Shown piece by piece: positions 51,441 to 60,601 of a DNA stretch of 64,000 nt. Numbering within the stretch: the first letter of the stretch is position 1; every line of letters starts with the position of its first letter. The notes beneath the pieces are model-generated. The model did no database searches, was not told the origin of the DNA, and worked only from the letters and a program-made list of their open reading frames with translations. The position numbers and the translations under genes are program-made. This DNA comes from Armatimonadota bacterium (GTDB lineage: Bacteria > Armatimonadota > SYMT01): assembly GCA_046292385.1 (NCBI GenBank), contig JBKBRF010000026.1, forward strand, positions 1 through 64,000, in the 5' to 3' direction.

Positions 51441-52352
51441 CTAAGGAGCCGAGCCGGCGCGGCGGCGCATGATGTAGCTGATCGTCTTGTAGACCAGCTT
51501 GGCGGCAGTGAAGTCGGGCGCGTGGAAACCGGGGATCGGCGCCAGCTCCACGCAGTCGAAGCCGATCACGTCTCCCGCCTCCGCCACGGCGCGCACCTGG
51601 GCCAGCACGTCGTGCCAGCGCAGGCCGCCCGGCTCCGGCGTACCGGTCGACGGCATGATCGAGGCGTCGAAAACGTCGAGGTCGAGCGTCAGGAAGACAC
51701 GCTTCCCTGCCACCAGCTCGCCGACCTGGCGGGCGACCCCCTGCGGATCGCTCAGCACGTCCTCCGCCCAGAAGGTGCGGACCCGCTCCGGCTGCTCGCG
51801 GATGAACTCCATCTCGGTGACGTCGAGCGAGCGGATCCCGACCTGGATCACCGGCGAGAATTTCGAGATGCGCGCGGCGGCGCAGGCGTGGCTGTGCGGA
51901 GTGCCCTCGTACTCCGCGCGGAGATCGGCATGGGCGTCGAGCTGGACGGTGACGAAGTCGCCGAACACGCGGTGCAGCCCCCGTGCCACCCCCGGGCTGA
52001 TGCTGTGCTCTCCGCCCAGGATCACCGGCAGCTTTCCGGAGCGGGCCAGCTCCTCGACCGCCGCGGCGATCGCGTCGGTCGCCGCCTCCGGCGAGCGCAG
52101 CTCCCGCGCCAGCGGCGGCAGCGTGTGGACCCCCCACCGGAGCGCCGGCTCATCGTCCAGCTCCCGGTCGTACAGCTCCACCTGCGCGGAAGCCTCGATC
52201 AGCGCCGCCGGCCCCCGCCGCGTGCCGCCGCCGTAGCTGGTCGAAAGCTCGAACGGCACCGGCAGCACCACCACGCCCGCCCGTTCCCAGGCGGTGTACT
52301 CCGCGGGCAGATTGAGAAAGCCGCCGGGCGGCTCCAGTTCATACGCAGCCAT
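51441..52352 (-). CDS. speB: Agmatinase / ureohydrolase
   Basis: GGEHS, DAHADLR, SHAC, DLDVFD, TGTPEPGG. Confidence 0.93.
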   Translation of the reverse strand: MAAYELEPPGGFLNLPAEYTAWERAGVVVLPVPFELSTSYGGGTRRGPAALIEASAQVELYDRELDDEPALRWGVHTLPPLARELRSPEAATDAIAAAVEELARSGKLPVILGGEHSISPGVARGLHRVFGDFVTVQLDAHADLRAEYEGTPHSHACAAARISKFSPVIQVGIRSLDVTEMEFIREQPERVRTFWAEDVLSDPQGVARQVGELVAGKRVFLTLDLDVFDASIMPSTGTPEPGGLRWHDVLAQVRAVAEAGDVIGFDCVELAPIPGFHAPDFTAAKLVYKTISYIMRRRAGSAP

Positions 52353-52368
52353 CGGATGGAACCCTTTT

Positions 52369-52600
52369 CACCACATAGCGCACAGAGGACACGGAGAGGA
52401 ACCGGAACGGGAATTCATCGCGGAGAGCGCAAAGGACGCAGAGAGGGGAACCAGAAGGAGAAACTCCGGGGCCGCTCACGGACTCGTCAGCGGATCAGGC
52501 CCACACCTCTCTGATTCCCCTCTGCGTTCCCTCTGCGCTCTCCGCGTCCTCTGCGGTGAATCAGGTTCGGACTCTCTGTGTCCTCTGTGGGCTCTGTGGT
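52369..52600. repeat. Nested palindromic element (CACAGAG/CGCAGAG arms)
   Basis: CACAGAGGACACGGAGAG vs CTCTCTGTGTCCTCTGTG enclosing CGCGGAGAGCGCA vs TGCGCTCTCCGCG. Confidence 0.8.
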
Positions 52601-53685
52601 TAGTCAGAACCCGACGCGGATTGATGCGCGGCGAGCATTGCCTGGACCAGCTCTTCGCGGCGGTCGTAGAGGCGGCGGTGTGGGCGGCGCGCTGCGTTGG
52701 CCAGGCAGTAGGAGGTGACGATCGGGAGCACCACGGTGCTGTCGACGTAGCAGACCACGGTGTCCGGAAGCTGCTCCGGATCGATCTTGCCCCACGTCAT
52801 CGCCTCGCTCGGCGTGGCGCCGGAGAGGCCGCCGGTATCCGGCCGGGCGTCGGTGAACTGGATGAAGTAGTCGTGCCCCGCTTCCGGGATCCCGAGGATC
52901 TCCTGGAGGTGCGGCTCCGTCTGCAGCGCGAAGTTCTTGGGACTGCCGCCGCCGTAGATCACCACCGCGCTCCGACCGCCGGTGCTCTTGGCGTGGTAGA
53001 CCAGCGCCGCCGTCTCGTTGACGTCCTGCTCCGGGTCGAGCGCGAGCTGGCTGCCGGAGAGGCGCTTCGCCGCCACGTTCATTCCGATGCTGGAGTCGCC
53101 GGGGCTGGAGGTATAGACCGGCACCCCGGCCTCGTAGGCCGCGCCGAGCACGGAGCGATGCGTGATGCCGGTCACCCGCTCCCGCTCCCGGAGGTACTTG
53201 CCGAGCAGGTAGTGGAACTGGGCGGTGCCCATCCGCTGCTGGAACTCCGGCGCCTCGATCACCTTGCGGATGTAGGCGTCGGTTTCGTAGAGCACGTCCG
53301 ACTCGAACAGGATGTCGTAGATCCGGATCAGGCCCTGCTCCCGCAGCTCCCGGTCGTCGACCAGCGGCGAAGAGCCGTGCAGCTCCAGCCCGAGCGACCG
53401 GTGCATGTCGTGGTAGAGGTTCGCCCCGGTGCTGACGACCCAGTCGACGAAGCCGGCCTGGATGAGCGGCACGATCGCCGCCATGCCGAGGCCCGTGGGG
53501 GTCAGCGCGCCCGAGAGGGTCACGCCGACCACCACGTCCGGATTCAGGACTTTGCGCGCCAGGAGCTGGCACGCCTCTCGCAGGCGCCCGGCGTTGTAGG
53601 AGAGCAGGAACTCATCCACCAGGCGCGTGACCGTGATCTCGCCCGGGATCGATTCCGGGTCGAGCTTGCGTCCGTAAGCCGCCAT
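52600..53685 (-). CDS. speY: Deoxyhypusine synthase-like protein (homospermidine biosynthesis type)
   Basis: [37 protein letters not shown]. Confidence 0.88.
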   Translation of the reverse strand: MAAYGRKLDPESIPGEITVTRLVDEFLLSYNAGRLREACQLLARKVLNPDVVVGVTLSGALTPTGLGMAAIVPLIQAGFVDWVVSTGANLYHDMHRSLGLELHGSSPLVDDRELREQGLIRIYDILFESDVLYETDAYIRKVIEAPEFQQRMGTAQFHYLLGKYLRERERVTGITHRSVLGAAYEAGVPVYTSSPGDSSIGMNVAAKRLSGSQLALDPEQDVNETAALVYHAKSTGGRSAVVIYGGGSPKNFALQTEPHLQEILGIPEAGHDYFIQFTDARPDTGGLSGATPSEAMTWGKIDPEQLPDTVVCYVDSTVVLPIVTSYCLANAARRPHRRLYDRREELVQAMLAAHQSASGSD

Positions 53686-53700
53686 TTGCCCCGGCGCTCC

Positions 53701-54261
53701 CTAGGCTTCCGGGAGGACGAAGACGGCCGCCGCCACCACGGTGGTCCAGTTGCCTTCCGCGTCGATGGTCGCTTCCTGGGCAATGCTCAGGGTGCCGCGC
53801 ACCATGTCCGGGAGCTCGGACGGATCGAGCGGCTCGGCCGCCACCTTGAGGCTGAACGGCTCACCCACGGCGGTGGAGAGCATCGCCACCGACTGGCGCT
53901 CCGTGTACCAGCAGGCCTGCTGCTCGGTCATGCCGGAGTCGTGATGCTCCGCAATGTAGCCATGGCGGTTGCGGTTCTCCGGCACCGCCATGCCGACCGA
54001 GGCGGCAATGGTGCGGCCGGGATCGTTGCTCTCGTTGCGGGAGAGCACGCAGAAGACGATCTCTCCGGGAGAGAGATGGCGGAGCCCTTCTTCGGGCTCG
54101 ACCTGCACGCAGTTAGGGGGCAGGATCGACGAAACCGTCACCAGGTTGAACTGCGGAACCTGCGCATCCCGCAGAGCCATTTCGAAGCTGACCAGCCGGT
54201 CCTGGTGAACACCTACCCCGCGGGTGAGAAAGAACTTACGCGGTACGAACTGTGATGGCAA
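53701..54261 (-). CDS. pdaD: Pyruvoyl-dependent arginine decarboxylase
   Basis: SFEMALRDA, NLVTVSSILP (Ser-Ser cleavage site), GYIAEH, TTVVAAAVF. Confidence 0.9.
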   Translation of the reverse strand: MPSQFVPRKFFLTRGVGVHQDRLVSFEMALRDAQVPQFNLVTVSSILPPNCVQVEPEEGLRHLSPGEIVFCVLSRNESNDPGRTIAASVGMAVPENRNRHGYIAEHHDSGMTEQQACWYTERQSVAMLSTAVGEPFSLKVAAEPLDPSELPDMVRGTLSIAQEATIDAEGNWTTVVAAAVFVLPEA

Positions 54262-54432
54262 TTTAGGTCTCCAGGACTCCGCCTAGCTGACGCTCGCTGC
54301 GTCGGTGGGGGGAGTGCGCGTCGCGCGAGACGCTTGTTGCCACCACTCCCGCCTCGGGACGACTACTCCAAATGAGGCTTGAGTAATCGCCGGTTTTTGT
54401 GACGCTCCCCCTTCCAGTGCGGAACCCGGAGC

Positions 54433-54461
54433 ATAGTATCCGCTAGCTACCGGAAAGTCTA
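54433..54461 (-). promoter_or_regulatory. Putative sigma70 promoter of polyamine operon
   Basis: TAGACT-N17-TACTAT. Confidence 0.6.
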
Positions 54462-54553
54462 GAGGTGATTTTTCTGACGAGTTGAGGGGGAGACACCGCG
54501 CGGAGCGAGGTGCCGTGAGGGAGCCGCCGGGCGGGCCGGGGCTGCGGTGCCGC

Positions 54554-55162
54554 TCAGCTCCGGGCGAGCGGGTGGTGCGCCTCCGGGGGCGGCGTATAGC
54601 AGCTCGTCTCGCCGCCGAACGGGCCCTTGTAGGTGGCCGGGCAGCCGAGGAGCTGGCCGAGCGTGCGGCAGGCGTACTCCGCCAGCCGCTCGTCGGTACC
54701 GGGGAAGATCAGGACCGGCACGGTGGTGCCGTCAGCGAAGACCAGGTCGATCACGGTGCGCGGGTCCCAGCCCTGCGTCTCGTAAACCCCGCGCAGCCTC
54801 GCAGCCCGGTCCAGCGGCAGGGACAGCTCCGGAGCGAGCGCCGTAGGGGTGAGCCGTCCAGCCGCTGTATCGATCTCCAGAAGGCGCGCCGCGCGGATTT
54901 GTCCCGGCGCCAGCGCGGCGAGGAGCAGGCCCACGGGCGCCGCGAGCCAGCCCCACGGGGAAAAGAGGGCTCCGGCGGTAGCCCCGGCGGCGAGCGCCAG
55001 CATGCCGCCCGCCCGGACCAGGATCCGCGTGCGGCGGACATACGCCGTGCCGGTCCAGAAGACCAGCCGCAGCCCCTCGTCCCGCACCAGCAGCGGCGCC
55101 GCGGGACTGTTCAGCTCCGCCTCCGCCGCCCGATACCGCTCCCAAACTGCCTGGACCGACAT
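54554..55162 (-). CDS. Hypothetical membrane protein
   Basis: Two TM segments followed by soluble domain. Confidence 0.65.
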   Translation of the reverse strand: MSVQAVWERYRAAEAELNSPAAPLLVRDEGLRLVFWTGTAYVRRTRILVRAGGMLALAAGATAGALFSPWGWLAAPVGLLLAALAPGQIRAARLLEIDTAAGRLTPTALAPELSLPLDRAARLRGVYETQGWDPRTVIDLVFADGTTVPVLIFPGTDERLAEYACRTLGQLLGCPATYKGPFGGETSCYTPPPEAHHPLARS

Positions 55163-55397
55163 CGCGCTCCGCTTCCCTTCTCCCGGCAGCGGCTCAAAGC
55201 CGCTCACCCATGAGGACGGAAGGAGCGCCGGGGGATGACGCAGAGGGGCGGGGTTCAGGTTTCAGGGACCAGGCTTCAGCCGGCCCGCCGTCCTGGATCG
55301 AGCTCCCGGGGACGTGCCGGATGCCCGCGGTCGCCAGCGAGCAAGAGCAAGAGCAGGACCCCCCGCTAACGGAGGGTTCGGCTTTTGCCTTCTGCCT

Positions 55398-56867
55398 TTA
55401 GCCTTTTGCCTTCTGCTTTCCGGGTCCGAGCTGCTTCAGGAGGTTGAGAAGTCGGTCGGTGATCTTGCGGGAGGCGTCGACTTCCAGGTAGCTGGAGCGG
55501 GCGCGCCAGGTTTCGTAGCCGCCGAGGGCGTGGTGCTCGGGCGTGGGGAGGTAGCCGTTGTAGCCGTTGGCGAGGGAGATGGTGAAGGTGGGGCGGATCG
55601 GGCTGCGGCGCTTCAGCTCCAGGCCGATCTCCACGAAGACCTCGCACGGAACGGCGGTGATCGCCAGGTCGCCGATGCGCAGGGCCTGGAGGAAGAGCGG
55701 GACCTCTTCCGGGTAGTCGGCCATCAGCACCGTCTCACGGGCGTAGACCTGGTCCCGCTCGTGGAGGACGCCGGGCTTCGCCTTCGCGAGGATCTCCCGC
55801 GCGCGGGCGACCTCCTCCGGCTGCGGCTTGCGGACCCGGAGCGTGAGCTCCGACTGCGCCGCGGCGAGGAGCGCCCGGTCCTGGTGCCGCACGTTCCGGA
55901 GCGCCGCGTGCACCGCGCCCGCCACCCGGTGGGCCACCTGCCGCATCTTCTCGTACGGCTTTGCCGGCGGGCCGGGTGTCCCGCGGAAGTTGATGTTGTT
56001 CACGTCGCCGCTGGTGCCGTTGGTCATCATGGCGACGAACGGCGGCTCCTGGCGATCCGCCTTCAACAGCTCCTGCACGCGGTCGGCGAAGACGCCGAAG
56101 TAGTCGGCGGAGAGGTGGCTGGCCTCCACGCCGCCGACGTAGTGGAGCGAGTAGTTGGCGAGCAGCGCCACGGGACGGCCCTCCGGCGTCCGGACGGAAA
56201 GGAACGCGACCTCCGGGTCGGTCGGCCCCGCCGGCTCCACCAGGTTCGGGCTCCCGACACCGGGGTTCATCTGCACCTGGTCCTGGCCGCCGAACGGGTT
56301 GGGCGGAATGGTGCCCGGCTTCATCCGCCAGCGGCGGTTGAAGACCTCCTCCGGCACGCTGGCGCTGCCCCAGCCGATCTGCGCGGGCGCCAGGTTCACC
56401 ACCGCGCGCCGCACCCCGTCCGCGATCCGCCTTGCGACGAAGCGGGGGTACTCCGGGTCCGGCTCGCTCTGGAAGACCGGCGCGCAGGTGCCGGCGGAGT
56501 GGGAGTGGGTGGCGGAGATCAGGAGGCGCTCCGGCGGCAGCTGGATCTCTCGCCGCAGCAGCTCCCGCGCGGCGTCGGTGATCTCCCGCGGGAGCATGCA
56601 GGCATCGACTACGGCGAAGGCGAGGTAGCCCCGGCCATCGTCCAGCACCAGGCAGCGCGCCTGGAGCTCGTCGTGGACGTACTCCGCGCGCCGGTCGACG
56701 AACCCGCCGTTGATCGAGGTGCCCAGCGGAGGCGTGAGGTTGCTGGTGGCGGCGCCGGCCCGGAAAACCCGCTCTCCCTGCGCCTGCCCGGAAGCGGCGA
56801 CACAGGCGAGTGCCAGGAGCGGCAGGAGCAGGCGCCGCACACGCGGCGGCGAGAGGAGCGAAGGCAT
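55398..56867 (-). CDS. Neutral/alkaline ceramidase-like hydrolase
   Basis: HDEL.AR, ISATHSHS, NYSLH, GTSGD, PCEVF.E.G, YLPT. Confidence 0.85.
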   Translation of the reverse strand: MPSLLSPPRVRRLLLPLLALACVAASGQAQGERVFRAGAATSNLTPPLGTSINGGFVDRRAEYVHDELQARCLVLDDGRGYLAFAVVDACMLPREITDAARELLRREIQLPPERLLISATHSHSAGTCAPVFQSEPDPEYPRFVARRIADGVRRAVVNLAPAQIGWGSASVPEEVFNRRWRMKPGTIPPNPFGGQDQVQMNPGVGSPNLVEPAGPTDPEVAFLSVRTPEGRPVALLANYSLHYVGGVEASHLSADYFGVFADRVQELLKADRQEPPFVAMMTNGTSGDVNNINFRGTPGPPAKPYEKMRQVAHRVAGAVHAALRNVRHQDRALLAAAQSELTLRVRKPQPEEVARAREILAKAKPGVLHERDQVYARETVLMADYPEEVPLFLQALRIGDLAITAVPCEVFVEIGLELKRRSPIRPTFTISLANGYNGYLPTPEHHALGGYETWRARSSYLEVDASRKITDRLLNLLKQLGPGKQKAKG

Positions 56868-57030
56868 GGCGCGGATCCTCACGGGTTGGATGTACAGGAG
56901 GTTCGCCGCTGCAGGGTCCGCTTGCCTTCTCCAGAACCTCGTTAGCAGGTTGCAGGTTGAGCCCTCCGCAGATGGGAGTTCGGAACCTGTAAACCTGCTA
57001 ACCTGCAACCTGCCAACAGTCGCGAGGCGA

Positions 57031-58197
57031 CTATCGCGCGGCGGCAGCCGCGGGGCGGCGGCGGGCGCGCTCGCGGGCCTGGCTCTTCCCGGTGACCCGG
57101 TGGATCACGCGGACTTCCTCTTCCACGTACGGGGTGCCGTCCGCGCGGAAGATCTCGTGGAACCAGACCGGCGGCTCCGCGGTGTAGTGCTTGTTCCAGC
57201 TATCCCACGGGTAGTTGGTGTTGGTTTTCCCCGCCACGAAGCCCCAGTTGTAGGCGCTCACGTTCTGCTCTCGCAGGTAGGGGAGCACGTCCTGGAAGGT
57301 GCTGCCCATCGGCCGCGCCATGTACTCCGTGCAGAGGAGCGGCCGGTTGTAGCGCCGCAGCCACCGGACGCGATCTTCCTGGTGCTCCCGCGGGCCGTAG
57401 TTGTGGTAGCTGATGACGTCCGACTCGGTCAGCATCACCCGGTCCCACGGCTTCAGCTTGTCATCGCTCGACCACTCGCCGATCCAGACGCCGGAGGTGA
57501 GCGGCTGGTCCGGGTTCGCTTCCTGCGCCCAGGCGAAGACCTTCTTCAGCAGCGGCAGCACCAGCTCCGCCTTGTTCGGCGGCTCCCAGGCGCGATAGCT
57601 GTTGCCGTTGTTGTTGTCCGGCTCGTTCCAGAGGTCCCACACCTGCACACGGCGGTCTTTCCCGAAGCGGCGAAGGATGCCCTGCACGTAGCCCTTCAGC
57701 TCGTCGTGGCGGGACGGGTCGCGCAGGATCTCCGCGCCGGGGCTCTGCACCCAGCCGGAGTTGTGGAGGTGCGGCGTCGGCTTGCGCTGGCGCCCCAGGT
57801 GCGGGTGGGGGTCCCAGACGCTGTCGAACAGCACGAACATAACGCCGATCTTGTGCCGGTCCGCGATGCGGAGGAACTCCTCCATCCGCTGCGTGAGGCC
57901 CCGGGGATCGTCTTTCCAGAGGAGGTCGTGCAGGAAGACGCGGACGCTGTTGAAGCCGAGGCTCTCCGCCCAGCCGAGCTCCTGGTCGATCGTCTTCGGA
58001 TCCCAGGTCTCTTTCTGCCACATCTCCAGCTGATTGATGGCGGTGCGCGGCGCGTAGTTGCAGCCGACGAGCCATCCGGTCTTCCGGTACCACTCGTTCG
58101 CCTGCTCCGGCGACCACCGGGCCTCCGCGCCGGCGGGGCGCGCCAGCAGCAGCAAGCCGGCGGCAAGGGCGAGAACGGTTGCGAAACGTGATTTCAT
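57031..58197 (-). CDS. Secreted glycoside hydrolase, clan GH-A (GH5-like)
   Basis: Signal peptide, GFNSVRVFL, WNEP, CTEY. Confidence 0.88.
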   Translation of the reverse strand: MKSRFATVLALAAGLLLLARPAGAEARWSPEQANEWYRKTGWLVGCNYAPRTAINQLEMWQKETWDPKTIDQELGWAESLGFNSVRVFLHDLLWKDDPRGLTQRMEEFLRIADRHKIGVMFVLFDSVWDPHPHLGRQRKPTPHLHNSGWVQSPGAEILRDPSRHDELKGYVQGILRRFGKDRRVQVWDLWNEPDNNNGNSYRAWEPPNKAELVLPLLKKVFAWAQEANPDQPLTSGVWIGEWSSDDKLKPWDRVMLTESDVISYHNYGPREHQEDRVRWLRRYNRPLLCTEYMARPMGSTFQDVLPYLREQNVSAYNWGFVAGKTNTNYPWDSWNKHYTAEPPVWFHEIFRADGTPYVEEEVRVIHRVTGKSQARERARRRPAAAAAR

Positions 58198-58444
58198 AGT
58201 GCTCCTTTGCTCTCCAGCCAGATCACTTCGACGCGTGGGGAGGCGTTGCCTTCCCCGCGCGCCGGTGGTCCGTGGGAGCCGAGCGAGTCGTATCACGCCG
58301 GGCGGCGAGCGAAGCGGTGGATCCGTTCTGGGCCTTCATCCTTTCGTCATGACCGGGGCGTCCGGGGGTGCAGAGCCGGGGACGGGAGCCGCCACACCGG
58401 CGGGGACGAGCCGCTCCCCGAAGCCACAGTCGAGGGTCAACCAG

Positions 58445-59191
58445 ATGAAACGCCGAGCTTTCTGTCTCACCGCACTGAGCGCGCTGATCTCCCTGCCGGC
58501 CCTGGCGCAGGGCCCCGGCGGTCCGGGTGGTCCGGGCCGGCCAGGCGGTCCGCCTCCCGGGGGACCGCCTCCCGGAGGGCCGATGTTCCTGCTCTCCATG
58601 CCGGAAGTGCAGCAGGAGCTGCGCCTCACCGCGGAGCAGCGGGAGAAGCTGGCCCAGCTCCGTCCCGGTCCAGGCGGTCCAGGCGGTCCCGGCGGCCCTG
58701 GCGGCCCCGGCGGCCCTGGCGGGCGTGGTGCGGGTGGCCCCGGCGGACCCGGTGGGCCGGGTGGCCCCGGGGGACCCGAGAACGACGCCCGCCGCCGCGA
58801 GATGGAGCGGAAGCTGGCGGAGGTGCTGGACACCCGGCAGCTCGCCCGTCTGAAGCAGCTCACGCTGCAGCACGCCGGCCTCCGCGCGCTGGGCCGGCCG
58901 GACGTGTCGGACGAGCTGAAGCTGACGCAGGCCCAGCGGGACCGGGTCCGCGCGGCGATGGAGGGCGAGCGTGACGCGATGCGCCGGCTCTTCGAGGAGA
59001 ACCGCGGGCAGCGCCCCGATCCGGCGGTGATGCGCGGGCGCGTGGAGCAGATCCGCTCGACCGCCGACACCGCTCTCGGTGGGATCCTCACCGAAGCCCA
59101 GAAGCGGCAGTGGCAGGGCATGCAGGGCGCCCCGTTCCGGTTCCCCGAGCCGCCCGCCCCCCGTGGACCCCGCGGGCCGCGGGAAGCCTGA
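58445..59191 (+). CDS. Exported Spy/CpxP-like helical protein with GPG-rich tracts
   Basis: Signal peptide; LTAEQ, LTQAQ, LTEAQ motifs. Confidence 0.75.
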   Translation: MKRRAFCLTALSALISLPALAQGPGGPGGPGRPGGPPPGGPPPGGPMFLLSMPEVQQELRLTAEQREKLAQLRPGPGGPGGPGGPGGPGGPGGRGAGGPGGPGGPGGPGGPENDARRREMERKLAEVLDTRQLARLKQLTLQHAGLRALGRPDVSDELKLTQAQRDRVRAAMEGERDAMRRLFEENRGQRPDPAVMRGRVEQIRSTADTALGGILTEAQKRQWQGMQGAPFRFPEPPAPRGPRGPREA

Positions 59192-59196
59192 GAAGG

Positions 59197-59630
59197 GCGG
59201 AGTGCAGAGGGCGGAGTGCGGAATTCGAACCCTGCACACGAGGGGCTCGGTTCTCTGCACCCCGTCCTCAGACTGGCTCCTACTCTTACTCGTTCTCCTA
59301 CTCTTACTCAGGAGGCCGGCCGTACCGGGACCAGCCGAGCGTAAAGCGGCCGGCCCCATCGCGCCAGAGGTTCGGCCTCATACCCGCTTACCTCCAGCGA
59401 TCGCCGACAGTTGACTGCCGGCGGCCCCAACCGCGGAGTTCACTCCGCCCGGCTCGTCGCTCCCGCCACGAACTTCCGACTGTATTGGCTTGCCGAGACC
59501 GGGCCGGAAGTACAGGGTCGCCAGCGAGCAGGAGCAGGAGTAAGAGCAGGAGCAGGAGTTCCCGTCCACGGGGGGCTCGGTCCTCTGCACTCCGCCCTCT
59601 GCACTCCGCCCTCAGATCTGCACTCCGTCC
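59197..59630. repeat. Cluster of tandem-repeat palindromic elements and a REP
   Basis: GGAGTGC/AGAGGGC and (GAGYAR)n arms; CCGCGGAGTTCACTCCGCCCGG at ~59431. Confidence 0.75.
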
Positions 59631-59743
59631 TCAGATCGGAATCTCCCCCCGTTCTCTACGCTCCGCCCGTCAAGCTGCCGACTTCCGGAGAGGTGGGAGC
59701 GTGAGCGCTTCCGCCGGTCGGCGTTTCGCTTTCCGGATCCACG

Positions 59744-60583
59744 ATGTCACGCAACAGAGCGCCGCGGGGTCGTCGAAGTCAGCTTGCGCTGCTGGCGCGG
59801 CAGGTGGCCACCGTGCCCGGTCGGCTCGACCGCTGGCTCTATCTGGCCGGGCTGCGGTCCGCCCGCGGCCTCACCCTACCTCACTTCCTGGGGATCGGGG
59901 CGCAGAAAGCGGGCACGAGCTGGCTGGACCGGAACCTGCGGTACCACCCGGAGCTCTTCTTGCCGGAAGAGAAGGAGCTCCACTACTTCGACCGCCACTG
60001 GGGCCGCTCGCTGCGCTGGTACGCCCGCTGGTTCGAGGCGGCCGGCGACCGCCTCCCGGGGGAGATCACGCCGGCGTACGGCGTGCTGCCGCCGGACCGG
60101 ATACGATTGGTACGGTCGCTCTTGCCGGACGCGCGGTTGATCTTCATCATGAGAGACCCGGTAGAGCGGGCGTGGTCTCACGTCCAGATGCACTACTGGA
60201 TGCGCCGGCGGAAGAAGGTGGAAGAGATTGGCCGGGCGCGCCTGCTGAAGGCGCTGCAGCGGCCCGGTCTTATCGCGCGGAGCAGCTACTCGGAGACGCT
60301 GGACCAGTGGACTGCGGTCTACCCGGCGGAGCAGCTCTACGTCGGCTTCTTCGACGACATCGCGGAGCGGCCGCAGGAGCTGCTTCGCGAGATCTTCCGC
60401 CACCTGGGGGTGCGCGAGGAGATCGAGTGGGAGCGGCTGCCGCTGCGAGAAGTGGTGCGCCGCGGCGGCGGCGCGCCGATGCCGCCGGAAGTGAGAGAGC
60501 TCCTGGAGGCGCGCTGCGCCCCGGAGCTGGAACGGCTCGAGGCCCGCTTCGGCGCCCGCGTGGGGCGGTGGCGAAGCTCCTGA
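59744..60583 (+). CDS. PAPS-dependent sulfotransferase
   Basis: IGAQKAGTS, KELHYF, GEITP.Y, RDPVERAWS. Confidence 0.9.
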   Translation: MSRNRAPRGRRSQLALLARQVATVPGRLDRWLYLAGLRSARGLTLPHFLGIGAQKAGTSWLDRNLRYHPELFLPEEKELHYFDRHWGRSLRWYARWFEAAGDRLPGEITPAYGVLPPDRIRLVRSLLPDARLIFIMRDPVERAWSHVQMHYWMRRRKKVEEIGRARLLKALQRPGLIARSSYSETLDQWTAVYPAEQLYVGFFDDIAERPQELLREIFRHLGVREEIEWERLPLREVVRRGGGAPMPPEVRELLEARCAPELERLEARFGARVGRWRSS

Positions 60584-60601
60584 TGTACCCGGTAACTCTG
60601 C

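Noticed and set aside
58505..58780. Collagen-like domain or DNA repeat element
   Set aside because: In-frame low-complexity (GPG)n linker with varied codons in a Spy-like protein
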